Below are positions 17,011 through 26,308 of a stretch of 40,168 bases of DNA, piece after piece. How positions within the stretch are numbered: the first letter of the stretch is position 1; every line of letters starts with the position of its first letter. The stretch is from Przondovirus KP32i192, in the sequence record OZ035748.1, one strand, 5' to 3'. A program made the position numbers and the translations under genes. The notes below the pieces were generated by a model. That model was given only the letters and a program-made list of their open reading frames with translations, was not told the DNA's origin and ran no database searches.

Positions 17011-19125
17011 ATGTTAGTAACCGATATCGAGGCGAACAACCTCTTAGAGAAAGTCACTCAGTTCCACTGTGGGGTCATCTATGACTACAGTACGGACGAG
17101 TACGTATCGTATCGACCTTGGGACTTCTCAGCGTATCTCGATGCGTTAGAAGCTGAGGTGGCTCGTGGTGGTCTCATCGTATTCCACAACGGTCACAAGT
17201 ACGATGCCCCAGCGCTAACCAAGCTGGCCAAACTCCAGTTAAACCGAGAGTTCCACCTGCCGCGTGAGAACGTAGTGGACACTTTGGTACTTAGTCGTTT
17301 ACTGTTTGCGAACATTAAGGACACCGACATGGCCCTGCTGCGCTCCGGTAAGTTACCCGGTAAGCGCTTCGGGTCTCACGCTCTGGAGGCGTGGGGTTAC
17401 CGCTTAGGCGAGATGAAGGGCGAGTACAAGGACGACTTCAAGAAGCTCCTTGAGGAACAGGGAGAGGACTATGTGGACGGTGCTGAGTGGATTAGCTTCA
17501 ACGAGCCAATGATGGACTATAACGTTCAGGACGTTGTGGTGACCAAGGCGCTCTTAGAGAAGCTACTGAGCGACAAGCACTACTTCCCAGCTGGCATAGA
17601 CTTCACGGATGTAGGTGAGACAACATTCTGGTCAGAGTCCTGCGAGGCCGTCTGGTTGGAACACCGAGCCGCTTGGTTGCTCGCTAAGCAGGAGCGAAAC
17701 GGATTCCCGTTCAACACCAAGGCCATCGAGGAACTCTACGTTGAACTCGCGGGTCGTCGTTCTGAACTCCTTCAGACGCTCACTGACACTTTCGGTACTT
17801 GGTATCAGCCTAAAGGCGGCACTGAGTTATTCCTGCACCCGCGCACCGGGAAGCCTCTTGGTAAATACCCACGAGTGAAGTACCCGAAGCAGGGTGGTAT
17901 CTACAAGAAACCCAAGAACAAAGCTCAGCGTGAGGGTCGTGAACCCTGCGAGCTGGACACTCGGGATTACGTAGAGGGCGCTCCGTACACACCAGTAGAG
18001 CACGTTGTGTTCAACCCCAGTAGCCGAGACCACATTGCGCTCAAGCTGAAGGAAGCCGGATGGGTACCTACAGAGTTCACCGAAAAGGGTGCACCTAAGG
18101 TGGACGACGAGGTCCTTGAGCATGTGCGTGTGGAAGACCCTGAGAAGCAGCGCTGCATCGACCTCATTAAAGAGTACCTGATGATACAGAAGCGTATCGG
18201 TCAGGCGGCTGAGGGCGACAAAGCGTGGCTACGTTACGTTCAAGAGGATGGTAAAATCCATGGAAGTGTTAACCCTAATGGTGCAGTTACAGGGCGAGCA
18301 ACGCATAGCTTCCCTAACCTTGGTCAAGTTCCGGGCGTTCGTTCGCCGTATGGTGAGCCTTGTCGAGCAGCGTTCGGCGCAGAGCATCACTTGGACGGAC
18401 TTACCGGAAAGCCTTGGGTTCAAGCAGGCATCGACGCCAGCGGACTCGAACTCCGTTGTTTGGCACACTTCATGTCTAAGTACGACAACGGGGCATATGC
18501 GGATGTCATTCTCAACGGTGATATCCACACAGTCAACCAAACGGCGGCTGAGTTGCCAACACGTGATAACGCCAAGACATTCATCTACGGTTTCCTCTAT
18601 GGTGCTGGAGACGAAAAGATTGGACAGATTGTGGGCGCAGGTAAGGAACGCGGAAAGGAACTCAAGAAGAAATTCCTTGAGAACACCCCAGCAATCGCAG
18701 CGTTGCGTGAAGGAATCCAGCAGACCCTCGTCGAGTCATCCCGATGGGTTGCCGGAGAGCAGAAGGTCAAGTGGAAACGACGCTGGATTAAGGGACTGGA
18801 TGGAAGAAAGGTACACGTACGGTCACCACATGCCGCGCTCAACACGTTGCTTCAGTCAGCGGGTGCGCTCATTTGTAAGCTGTGGATTGTCGAGACTGAA
18901 GAGTTGCTTCTTAAAGCAGGATTGAAGCACGGATGGGATGGCGACTTCGCCTACATGGCGTGGGTTCACGATGAAATACAAGTGGCCTGCCGGACCCCAG
19001 AGATCGCACAGCAGGTGATTGACATAGCGCAGCAAGCTATGCGTAACGTTGGAGACCACTTTAAGTTCCGTTGCCGTCTGGATACAGAAGGTAAGATGGG
19101 TCCTAACTGGGCCGTATGTCACTAA
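17011..19125 (+). CDS. DNA polymerase (T7 gp5-like, family A)
   Basis: 704-aa product from ATG with aggaga RBS; N-terminus M.V.DIEAN.LLE.VT.FHCGVIYDYST.EYVSYRP and C-terminal MGPNWA.CH match T7 gp5. Confidence 0.95.
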   Translation: MLVTDIEANNLLEKVTQFHCGVIYDYSTDEYVSYRPWDFSAYLDALEAEVARGGLIVFHNGHKYDAPALTKLAKLQLNREFHLPRENVVDTLVLSRLLFANIKDTDMALLRSGKLPGKRFGSHALEAWGYRLGEMKGEYKDDFKKLLEEQGEDYVDGAEWISFNEPMMDYNVQDVVVTKALLEKLLSDKHYFPAGIDFTDVGETTFWSESCEAVWLEHRAAWLLAKQERNGFPFNTKAIEELYVELAGRRSELLQTLTDTFGTWYQPKGGTELFLHPRTGKPLGKYPRVKYPKQGGIYKKPKNKAQREGREPCELDTRDYVEGAPYTPVEHVVFNPSSRDHIALKLKEAGWVPTEFTEKGAPKVDDEVLEHVRVEDPEKQRCIDLIKEYLMIQKRIGQAAEGDKAWLRYVQEDGKIHGSVNPNGAVTGRATHSFPNLGQVPGVRSPYGEPCRAAFGAEHHLDGLTGKPWVQAGIDASGLELRCLAHFMSKYDNGAYADVILNGDIHTVNQTAAELPTRDNAKTFIYGFLYGAGDEKIGQIVGAGKERGKELKKKFLENTPAIAALREGIQQTLVESSRWVAGEQKVKWKRRWIKGLDGRKVHVRSPHAALNTLLQSAGALICKLWIVETEELLLKAGLKHGWDGDFAYMAWVHDEIQVACRTPEIAQQVIDIAQQAMRNVGDHFKFRCRLDTEGKMGPNWAVCH

Positions 19126-19143
19126 TAATACAGGAGATTTACC

Positions 19144-19446
19144 ATGGCTATTACCAAGCGTTTCAAGGTTACTTTCGAGGTGACCAGCATTATCGATAGT
19201 GAGTCCGAGAAGAACCTCGGCGAGACCGTTCTACGTGTTGCACGTATGGTTGCCAATGGCGAGAAGGTGGACAACTTCAAACTGGGCTTCCTTGAGGCAG
19301 CGCTCAGCGGTGGACCAGACGAAGCCGCAGCATACTGCATCCGACACGGTCTGCGCTCAATGGTCAAAGAGGCACACGACGACCTTTCGTTTAACGAGAA
19401 GAAACTTATGCGCTTCTCTCCGGCTATCGTGAGGGTAACCAAGTGA
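19144..19446 (+). CDS. gp5.5-like protein (T7 gp5.5 binds host H-NS)
   Basis: 100-aa ORF; MA.TK.FKV.F.VT and similar length to recalled T7 gp5.5. Confidence 0.6.
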   Translation: MAITKRFKVTFEVTSIIDSESEKNLGETVLRVARMVANGEKVDNFKLGFLEAALSGGPDEAAAYCIRHGLRSMVKEAHDDLSFNEKKLMRFSPAIVRVTK

Positions 19447-19652
19447 GTGAGTACCTCAAAGTTCTGGCGGCCCTCAAGGGCTGCCCTAAGTCCTTCCAGT
19501 CGAACTACGTGCGCAATAACGCTGCGTTAGTCGCTGAGGCTGCGAGCCGTGGTCACATTTCGTGTCTGACCATGAGTGGTCGTAACGGTGGCGCTTGGGA
19601 AATTACCAGTGCCGGAGTGAAATTCCTTAAGACACACGGAGGTTGCCTGTGA
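19443..19652 (+). CDS. gp5.7-like protein, GTG start
   Basis: 69 aa; MSEYLKVLAALKGCPKSFQSNYVRNNAALVAEAASRGHISCLTMSGRNGGAWEIT nearly identical to recalled T7 gp5.7; GTG overlaps gp5.5 stop. Confidence 0.7.
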   Translation: MSEYLKVLAALKGCPKSFQSNYVRNNAALVAEAASRGHISCLTMSGRNGGAWEITSAGVKFLKTHGGCL

Positions 19653-20554
19653 GTAAGCACACATTGTTATCCTTCAGCGACTACCGGGCAACCCAGAAGA
19701 TTGCCAAGGGTGTCCTTGTGATGGACGGTGACTGGCTGGTATTCCAAGCCATGAGTGCCGCTGAGTTCGATGCCTCTTGGGAGGAGGAGATTTGGCACCG
19801 TTGCTGTGACCACGCCAAGGCCCGAGAGATTCTGGAGAACTCCATCGAGTCCTACAAGGGCCGCAAGAAGGCGTGGAAGAATGCAGACGTCGTCCTAGCG
19901 TTCACTGACCGTGTCAACTGGCGCAAGCTGCTGGTGGACCCAACGTACAAAGAGAACCGCGCAGTCGTCAAGAAGCCTGTGGGCTACTTCGAGTTCCTTG
20001 AGTATGTCTTCGAAACCTACACGTGCGTCCTTGAGCCTCAGCTCGAAGGCGATGACGTGATGGGCATCATCGGGTCTAACCCTCTCGTATACAACTACGA
20101 GAAGGCCGTACTGGTCTCCTGTGACAAGGACTTTAAGACCATCCCGGATTGTGACTTCCTGTGGTGTACGACTGGTAACATCCTCGTGCAGACTCAGGAG
20201 ACAGCCGACTACTGGCACCTCTTCCAGACTATCAAAGGTGACATCACCGATGGTTACGGTGGCATCCCCGGATGGGGCGATACCGCTGAGGACTTCCTCA
20301 AGGAACCCTTCATTGTGGAGCCTGTAACGACCGTGCTGAAGTCCGGCAAGAACAAGGGCCAAGAGGTAACCAAGTGGGTGAAACGTGCTCCTGAGCCGGG
20401 AGAGACGCTCTGGGACTGCATTAAGTCCATTGGTGCCAAAGCAGGGATGACCGAAGCGGAAGTAATCAAGCAGGGCCAGATGGCTCGCATCCTCCGTTCT
20501 GATGAGTACAACATCGAGACTGGGGAGATTACTCTATGGCAACCGGGCAGCTGA
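19649..20554 (+). CDS. 5'-3' exonuclease (T7 gp6-like), probable GTG start
   Basis: GVLVMDGDWLVFQAMSAAEFDASWEEEIWHRCCDHAKAR identical to T7 gp6 block; GTG at 19649 lies 8 nt after ggagg and overlaps gp5.7 stop (ORF track starts at TTG 19643). Confidence 0.9.
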   Translation: MSKHTLLSFSDYRATQKIAKGVLVMDGDWLVFQAMSAAEFDASWEEEIWHRCCDHAKAREILENSIESYKGRKKAWKNADVVLAFTDRVNWRKLLVDPTYKENRAVVKKPVGYFEFLEYVFETYTCVLEPQLEGDDVMGIIGSNPLVYNYEKAVLVSCDKDFKTIPDCDFLWCTTGNILVQTQETADYWHLFQTIKGDITDGYGGIPGWGDTAEDFLKEPFIVEPVTTVLKSGKNKGQEVTKWVKRAPEPGETLWDCIKSIGAKAGMTEAEVIKQGQMARILRSDEYNIETGEITLWQPGS

Positions 20555-20646
20555 TTCTCATCGTACTGACCATGGGCTTAGTCGCTCGTGGTCTCTGGAT
20601 GTTAGCCTTGATTATCAAGCAGATAGTCGAGCATAAACCAGAGTGA
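20536..20646 (+). CDS. Tiny hydrophobic ORF (gp6.3-like by position)
   Basis: 36-aa hand-translated ORF overlapping gene 6 end. Confidence 0.25.
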   Translation: MATGQLILIVLTMGLVARGLWMLALIIKQIVEHKPE

Positions 20647-20647
20647 T

Positions 20648-20697
20648 AAACTCATGGGCACAATTAGGACCCACTATAGGGAAGTGCCCATTATGAT
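20648..20697 (+). promoter_or_regulatory. RNase III-type hairpin enclosing a promoter (R6.5-like)
   Basis: ATGGGCAC (20654-20661) pairs with GTGCCCAT (20684-20691); the promoter sits in the loop; flanks actcatgg / ccattatgatt resemble the other sites. Confidence 0.4.
20662..20684 (+). promoter_or_regulatory. Phage RNAP promoter (phi6.5-like)
   Basis: AATTAGGACCCACTATAGGGAAG. Confidence 0.65.
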
Positions 20698-20731
20698 TAT
20701 TACTTAAAGATTACTTAAAGAGGAGACTCAA

Positions 20732-20977
20732 ATGTTAAAACCTATAGAGCACATCCTTAACAATCCTAATGACCTTCCTGATGTACCGCGAGCTGTTAAG
20801 GAGTACCTACAGTCTCGCTTCAATGCTGACTACCTATATCAGAGAGAGGTCCGTAGGCTACAGGAGCGCGGCCACAGTGAGGAGTTCATCTCCGGTGTAC
20901 TGTATGGTCACTACATGGCTTCTCGTGTCCTTGACGAGATGGAGGGCCGTCAGCGTGCACTCAAAGAAGGAGATTGA
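20732..20977 (+). CDS. Hypothetical protein (gp6.5-like by position)
   Basis: 81-aa ORF with aagaggag RBS. Confidence 0.5.
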   Translation: MLKPIEHILNNPNDLPDVPRAVKEYLQSRFNADYLYQREVRRLQERGHSEEFISGVLYGHYMASRVLDEMEGRQRALKEGD

Positions 20978-20979
20978 TT

Positions 20980-21201
20980 ATGTGTTTCTCACCTAAAATG
21001 AAAGCACCTAAGGTCGACACAACGACTGTCCCTGAGCCAGCACCACTGACGGAGGAACCCAAGGGTATCCAGTATGGTGGTGACGAAGATTCAAACAGCA
21101 CCACTCCTGAGGTGTCAGGGCGTAAGTCACTCAAGGTGGCCAAGACGACCGAGCCTACAGGGTCCGTCAGTAAAATCCGTAAGTCAGCTTTAGGAGGCTA
21201 A
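20980..21201 (+). CDS. Virion protein gp6.7-like
   Basis: MCFSPKMKAPK...EPAPLT...EVSGRK.LKV...IRKSA.GG matches recalled T7 gp6.7; aaggag RBS 8 nt upstream. Confidence 0.65.
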   Translation: MCFSPKMKAPKVDTTTVPEPAPLTEEPKGIQYGGDEDSNSTTPEVSGRKSLKVAKTTEPTGSVSKIRKSALGG

Positions 21202-21202
21202 C

Positions 21203-21463
21203 ATGGGACTGTTCAAGAAAATCAAGAAGGCTATCTCCAAGGTAGTCAAGGCACCACTCAAGGCCGTGGGGCTGGCAGCAGATGCACCAAACGTGCAGAC
21301 AGCCGCTGAGACGCCTGTGGCCGCACCTCAGGAAGCACCGAAAGAGGTCGTGGAGGACGTTGAGTCTTCGGCAGACACTGAGTCTGGTAAGAAGAAAACT
21401 CGTGCCTCCGGTAAGAAGTCCCTCTCAGTTTCCCGCAGCTCAGGCGGTGGGATTAACTTATGA
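21203..21463 (+). CDS. Tail/host-range protein gp7.3-like
   Basis: 86-aa ORF; C-terminus SGKKKTRASGKKSLSVSRSSGGGINL close to T7 gp7.3 C-terminus. Confidence 0.65.
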   Translation: MGLFKKIKKAISKVVKAPLKAVGLAADAPNVQTAAETPVAAPQEAPKEVVEDVESSADTESGKKKTRASGKKSLSVSRSSGGGINL

Positions 21464-21486
21464 TTGGTTACGGGGAGGGCTAACAA

Positions 21487-23094
21487 ATGGCAGAAGTTAA
21501 ACTCGAAGGCTTCGCAGAGGAGGGAGCCAAGGCGGTATACGACCGTCTGAAGAATGACCGACAGCCTTACGAGACACGAGCAGAGTCCTGTGCGCAGTAC
21601 ACGATTCCCTCACTGTTCCCTAAGGACTCCGATAACGCATCAACCGATTACACGACTCCGTGGCAATCCGTAGGTGCTCGCGGCCTGAACAACCTAGCGT
21701 CCAAGCTGATGCTGGCCCTGTTCCCGATGCAGTCATGGATGAAGTTGACCATTAGTGAATACGAAGCGAAGAACCTTCTGGGTGACGCTGAGGGTCTCGC
21801 TAAGGTCGATGAGGGCCTCTCAATGGTAGAGCGCATCATCATGAACTACATCGAGTCCAACAGTTATCGAGTGACTCTCTTTGAGTGCTTGAAGCAACTG
21901 TGTGTGGCCGGGAACGCGCTGCTGTACTTACCGGAGCCTGAGGGTTATACCCCGATGAAGCTCTATCGACTGAACTCGTATGTGGTCCAGCGAGACGCTT
22001 TCGGTAACGTACTCCAGATTGTCACCCTCGACAAGATTGCGTTCAACGCTCTCCCTGAGGATGTCCGCAGCCAAGTGGAAGCAGCCCAAGGTGAGCAGAA
22101 GGAAGACGCTGAGATTGACGTCTACACCCACGTGTATCTGAACGAAGCCGGGGATGGCTACTCGAAGTACGAAGAGGTCGCCGAAGCGGTGGTTCCGGGA
22201 AGTGAGGCTGAGTACCCGCTCGAAGAGTGTCCGTACATTCCGGTCCGCATGGTCCGCATCGACGGTGAATCCTACGGTCGTTCCTACGTGGAAGAGTATC
22301 TGGGCGACCTCAAGTCCCTAGAGAACCTCCAAGAGTCCATCGTGAAGATGGCGATGATTACCGCGAAGGTCATCGGTCTGGTAGACCCGGCAGGCATCAC
22401 TCAGGTCCGCCGACTAACGGCAGCACAGTCTGGTGCGTTCGTACCGGGCCGTAAGCAGGACATTGAGTTCCTCCAGCTGGAGAAGTCCGGTGACTTTACC
22501 GTAGCGAAGAACGTAAGCGACACCATTGAGGCTCGCCTCTCGTATGCCTTTATGCTCAACAGTGCGGTACAACGTACAGGTGAGCGAGTCACAGCTGAAG
22601 AGATTCGGTATGTGGCATCAGAGCTGGAAGATACCCTTGGCGGTGTCTACTCGATTCTCTCGCAGGAACTCCAGCTGCCTCTGGTAAGAGTGCTCTTGAA
22701 GCAACTACAAGCCACGCAGCAAATCCCGGAGTTACCTAAAGAGGCCGTCGAGCCAACCATCAGCACTGGCCTTGAGGCTATCGGACGTGGCCAGGACCTT
22801 GACAAGCTGGAGCGGTGTATTGCCGCATGGTCAGCACTTAAGGCACTCGAAGGTGATGACGACCTCAACTTGGCTAACCTCAAGTTACGTATCGCTAACG
22901 CTATCGGACTCGACACAGCTGGTATGCTTCTCACTCAGGAGCAGAAGAACGCTCTTATGGCACAGCAAGGCGCTCAGATTGCTACACAGCAAGGGGCCGC
23001 AGCGCTGGGTCAAGGGATGGCCGCACAGGCCACTGCAAGTCCTGAAGCTATGGCAGCAGCGGCTGATTCAGTGGGTATGCAACCGGGCATGTAA
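21487..23094 (+). CDS. Portal (head-tail connector) protein (T7 gp8-like)
   Basis: 535-aa ORF; long near-identical stretches to recalled T7 gp8. Confidence 0.95.
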   Translation: MAEVKLEGFAEEGAKAVYDRLKNDRQPYETRAESCAQYTIPSLFPKDSDNASTDYTTPWQSVGARGLNNLASKLMLALFPMQSWMKLTISEYEAKNLLGDAEGLAKVDEGLSMVERIIMNYIESNSYRVTLFECLKQLCVAGNALLYLPEPEGYTPMKLYRLNSYVVQRDAFGNVLQIVTLDKIAFNALPEDVRSQVEAAQGEQKEDAEIDVYTHVYLNEAGDGYSKYEEVAEAVVPGSEAEYPLEECPYIPVRMVRIDGESYGRSYVEEYLGDLKSLENLQESIVKMAMITAKVIGLVDPAGITQVRRLTAAQSGAFVPGRKQDIEFLQLEKSGDFTVAKNVSDTIEARLSYAFMLNSAVQRTGERVTAEEIRYVASELEDTLGGVYSILSQELQLPLVRVLLKQLQATQQIPELPKEAVEPTISTGLEAIGRGQDLDKLERCIAAWSALKALEGDDDLNLANLKLRIANAIGLDTAGMLLTQEQKNALMAQQGAQIATQQGAAALGQGMAAQATASPEAMAAAADSVGMQPGM

Positions 23095-23115
23095 TTAGGG
23101 CACACTATAGGGAGA
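23093..23115 (+). promoter_or_regulatory. Phage RNAP promoter (phi9-like)
   Basis: AATTAGGGCACACTATAGGGAGA. Confidence 0.75.
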
Positions 23116-23197
23116 CACATCCAGATTGAATGAGGTCTGGTCAGAAGGTTCGAGTCCTTCGTGTTTCCCTCCTAGTCTTAACTTTAAGGAGATTGAA

Positions 23198-24151
23198 ATG
23201 GCTGGCGAATCTAACGCAGACGTATACGCATCCTTCGGTGTTAACAGTGCTGTACTGACTGGTAGTACACCTGAGGAGCACCAAGAAAACATGTTGGCTC
23301 TTGATGTTGCTGCCCGTGATGGCGATGATGCAATCGAGCTGAACACCAACAGTGATGACCCGTATGGCTCCGATGTGGACCCGTTCGGTGAACCTGAAGA
23401 GGGCCGTATGCAGGTCCGTATCTCCGCTGACGGTTCAGATGAACAGGACGGCGAAGAGGGTTCTGAAGAAGAACAGCAGGGCGACGAAGGGAGTCAGCCG
23501 GAGGAAGTAACCGATGAAGGTGAACCTGAAGAGTTCAAACCTATTGGTGAAACTCCGGCTGACATCAACGAAGCCTCTCAGCAGCTGGAAGAACACGAAG
23601 CTGGCTTTAACGACATGGTTGCTACTGCAATCGAACGCGGTCTCTCACAGGATGCTGTGACCCGTATTCAGCAGGAGTACCAGAACGAAGATAGTTTGTC
23701 CGATGAATCTTACCGAGAGCTGGCCGAGGCTGGTTACAGCAAGGCGTTCGTCGATGCGTACATTCGTGGTCAGGAAGCTCTGGTCAACCAGTACGTAGAG
23801 AAAGTGATGGACTTCGTGGGAGGCCGTGAGCGCTTCCAGCAGGTATACAGCCACATGAAGACCAATAACCCTGAGGGTGCCGAGGCGCTCATCAAGGCGT
23901 TTGAGTCTCGTGATGTAGCCACCATGAAGACGATTCTGAACCTAGCGGGACAGTCTCGTGATAAAACCTTTGGTAAGAAAGCCGAGCGCTCTATTGCCAA
24001 GCGCGCAACCCCAGCGAAACCTGCTCCCCGCAAGGCTGTAGGCTTCGAGTCTCAAGCTGAGATGATTAAGGCGATGTCCGACCCGCGCTACCGCACCGAT
24101 TCTAAGTATCGTCGTGAAGTAGAGCAAAAGGTAATCGACTCAACGTTCTAA
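23198..24151 (+). CDS. Capsid assembly / scaffolding protein (T7 gp9-like)
   Basis: 317-aa product from ATG after aaggag; MAGESNADVYASFGVNSAV and C-terminal MIKAMSDPRYRTD match T7 gp9; acidic. Confidence 0.9.
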   Translation: MAGESNADVYASFGVNSAVLTGSTPEEHQENMLALDVAARDGDDAIELNTNSDDPYGSDVDPFGEPEEGRMQVRISADGSDEQDGEEGSEEEQQGDEGSQPEEVTDEGEPEEFKPIGETPADINEASQQLEEHEAGFNDMVATAIERGLSQDAVTRIQQEYQNEDSLSDESYRELAEAGYSKAFVDAYIRGQEALVNQYVEKVMDFVGGRERFQQVYSHMKTNNPEGAEALIKAFESRDVATMKTILNLAGQSRDKTFGKKAERSIAKRATPAKPAPRKAVGFESQAEMIKAMSDPRYRTDSKYRREVEQKVIDSTF

Positions 24152-24153
24152 TG

Positions 24154-24176
24154 AATTAGGGCACACTATAGGGAGA
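24154..24176 (+). promoter_or_regulatory. Phage RNAP promoter (phi10-like)
   Basis: AATTAGGGCACACTATAGGGAGA, then a long leader with strong RBS aaggag. Confidence 0.75.
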
Positions 24177-24331
24177 ACGCACAATCCGACAAGGAGCGAA
24201 GGCACCTCCCTTCGAGTTACACAATGAGTATCACCTCGTTTCAAGTAGTACCTCAACAGCTTGGCAACGATAGGCCCGTTTGGTCAGCGTAATGACTAAT
24301 TCTATTCTTAAACAACATAAGGAGATTCAAC

Positions 24332-25363
24332 ATGGCTAACATGCAAGGTGGACAGCAGCTCGGTACTAACCAAGGTAAAGGTCAATCCGCAGCAGACAAG
24401 CTGGCGCTATTCCTGAAAGTATTCGGCGGTGAAGTCCTGACCGCATTCGCTCGTACCTCTGTGACCTCTAACCGTCACATGCAGCGTCAAATCAGCTCCG
24501 GTAAGTCCGCACAGTTCCCTGTGATTGGTCGCACCAAGGCTGCTTACCTGCAACCGGGCGAGTCTCTGGATGACAAACGCAAAGACATCAAGCACACCGA
24601 GAAGACCATTAACATTGATGGCCTGCTGACCGCTGACGTGCTGATTTACGACATCGAAGACGCGATGAACCACTATGACGTGCGCTCCGAGTACACCTCT
24701 CAGATTGGTGAATCTCTGGCGATGGCAGCTGATGGCGCGGTTCTGGCTGAGCTGGCTGGTCTGGTTAACCTCGCTGATTCCGTCAACGAGAACATCGCTG
24801 GTCTGGGCAAACCGTCCCTGCTGGAAGTTGGTGCTAAGGCTGACCTGACCGACCCGGTTAAACTGGGCCAAGCGGTTATCGCACAGCTGACCATTGCTCG
24901 TGCGGCTCTGACCAAGAACTACGTCCCGGCTAACGACCGTACGTTCTACACCACCCCGGACGTGTACTCTGCGATTCTGGCAGCTCTGATGCCTAACGCT
25001 GCGAACTATGCGGCTCTGATTGACCCTGAGCGTGGTTCTATCCGTAACGTGATGGGCTTCGAAGTCGTTGAGGTTCCGCACCTGACCGCTGGTGGTGCTG
25101 GTGATGACCGCCCGGACGAAGATGCAGAAGCGACCAACCAGAAGCACGCCTTCCCGGCAACTGGTGGTAAAGTCAACAAAGAGAACGTTGTGGGCCTGTT
25201 CCAGCACCGTTCCGCTGTCGGTACCGTCAAGCTGAAAGATCTGGCTCTGGAGCGTGCTCGTCGTACCGAGTATCAGGCTGACCAGATTGTTGCTAAGTAC
25301 GCGATGGGTCACGGTGGTCTGCGTCCAGAATCTGCTGGTGCACTGGTTTTCACAGCAGCCTAA
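24332..25363 (+). CDS. Major capsid protein 10A (T7 gp10A-like)
   Basis: 343-aa ORF; near-identical to recalled T7 gp10A over long blocks. Confidence 0.95.
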   Translation: MANMQGGQQLGTNQGKGQSAADKLALFLKVFGGEVLTAFARTSVTSNRHMQRQISSGKSAQFPVIGRTKAAYLQPGESLDDKRKDIKHTEKTINIDGLLTADVLIYDIEDAMNHYDVRSEYTSQIGESLAMAADGAVLAELAGLVNLADSVNENIAGLGKPSLLEVGAKADLTDPVKLGQAVIAQLTIARAALTKNYVPANDRTFYTTPDVYSAILAALMPNAANYAALIDPERGSIRNVMGFEVVEVPHLTAGGAGDDRPDEDAEATNQKHAFPATGGKVNKENVVGLFQHRSAVGTVKLKDLALERARRTEYQADQIVAKYAMGHGGLRPESAGALVFTAA

Positions 25364-25641
25364 GCGTAAATACCTTTAGTGCTCGGACGGTGACTCCGTC
25401 TGAGTACGAGGTACAGACTGTGACCATTGCTGGTGATTCACTTAAGGTGACACTTGATGGGCTGGAGGGAGTAACGGACTGGTCAACCCTTGAGGTAACT
25501 TATGGTACTTCCGGGATTGCCAGCCACACTCGCCGGACCAACACGCTGTACTTCAAAGGAATCGCTGTGGGCGAAACCCTAGTGACTGTCGGCTTTGACG
25601 GGTCTGAAAGGAAGTCCTTTAAGCTGGTCGTGACTAATTAA
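24332..25641 (+). CDS. Minor capsid protein 10B via programmed -1 frameshift at GGTTTTC (25345-25351)
   Basis: Slippery heptamer G GTT TTC in the 10A zero frame, 4 codons before the 10A stop; -1 frame is open from there to 25641 and continues as the 25390..25641 ORF. Confidence 0.55.
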
Positions 25642-25650
25642 ACTAAGCCA

Positions 25651-25692
25651 AACCCCTTGGGGACCACTCACGGTCTCTGAGGGGTTTTTTCG
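25651..25692 (+). terminator. Tphi-like intrinsic terminator downstream of capsid gene
   Basis: CCCCTTGGGGACC actcac GGTCTCTGAGGGG followed by TTTTTT; closely resembles the recalled T7 Tphi. Confidence 0.7.
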
Positions 25693-25707
25693 TTAGGAGC
25701 TTACATT

Positions 25708-26286
25708 ATGAACATGCAAGATGCTTACTTTGGGTCTGCCGCTGAGCTGGATGCTGTCAACGAGATGCTCGCAGCCATCGGTGAATCCCCGGTGACCACC
25801 CTTGACGAAGATGGTAGCGCAGACGTAGCGAACGCTCGTCGTATCCTCAACAGGATTAACCGCCAGATTCAGTCTAAAGGTTGGGCCTTCAACATCAACG
25901 AGTCGGCCACACTGACCCCGGATGCCAGCACTGGGCTTATCCCATTCCGTCCGGCCTACCTGTCAATCCTTGGTGGCCAGTACGTCAACCGTGGTGGATG
26001 GGTGTACGATAAGTCCGCTGGGACAGACACCTTCTCTGGGCCAATCACTGTGACCCTGATTACCCTTCAGGACTACGATGAGATGCCTGAGTGTTTCCGC
26101 CAGTGGATTGTCACCAAGGCCAGCCGCCAGTTCAACTCTCGGTTCTTCGGAGCGGAGGACGTAGAGAACTCTCTGGCACAGGAAGAGATGGAAGCGCGTA
26201 TGGCGTGCAACGAGTACGAGATGGACTTCGGACAGTACAACATGCTTGACGGTGACGCATACGTTCAGGGTCTCATCGGTCGTTAA
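25708..26286 (+). CDS. Tail tubular protein A (T7 gp11-like)
   Basis: 192-aa ORF; [20 protein letters not shown] and C-terminal blocks match T7 gp11. Confidence 0.9.
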   Translation: MNMQDAYFGSAAELDAVNEMLAAIGESPVTTLDEDGSADVANARRILNRINRQIQSKGWAFNINESATLTPDASTGLIPFRPAYLSILGGQYVNRGGWVYDKSAGTDTFSGPITVTLITLQDYDEMPECFRQWIVTKASRQFNSRFFGAEDVENSLAQEEMEARMACNEYEMDFGQYNMLDGDAYVQGLIGR

Positions 26287-26308
26287 TCAGAAACTTAAGG
26301 AGGACCAA

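Noticed and set aside
24407-25312. 301-aa ORF on the minus strand, antisense to the major capsid gene
   Set aside because: Entirely inside the highly conserved capsid gene 10A on the opposite strand, no RBS, and all T7-family genes are on one strand; long antisense ORFs are expected by chance in biased coding sequence. The same applies to other minus-strand ORFs such as 7530-8147, 10391-10864, 19895-20362 and 27638-28105.
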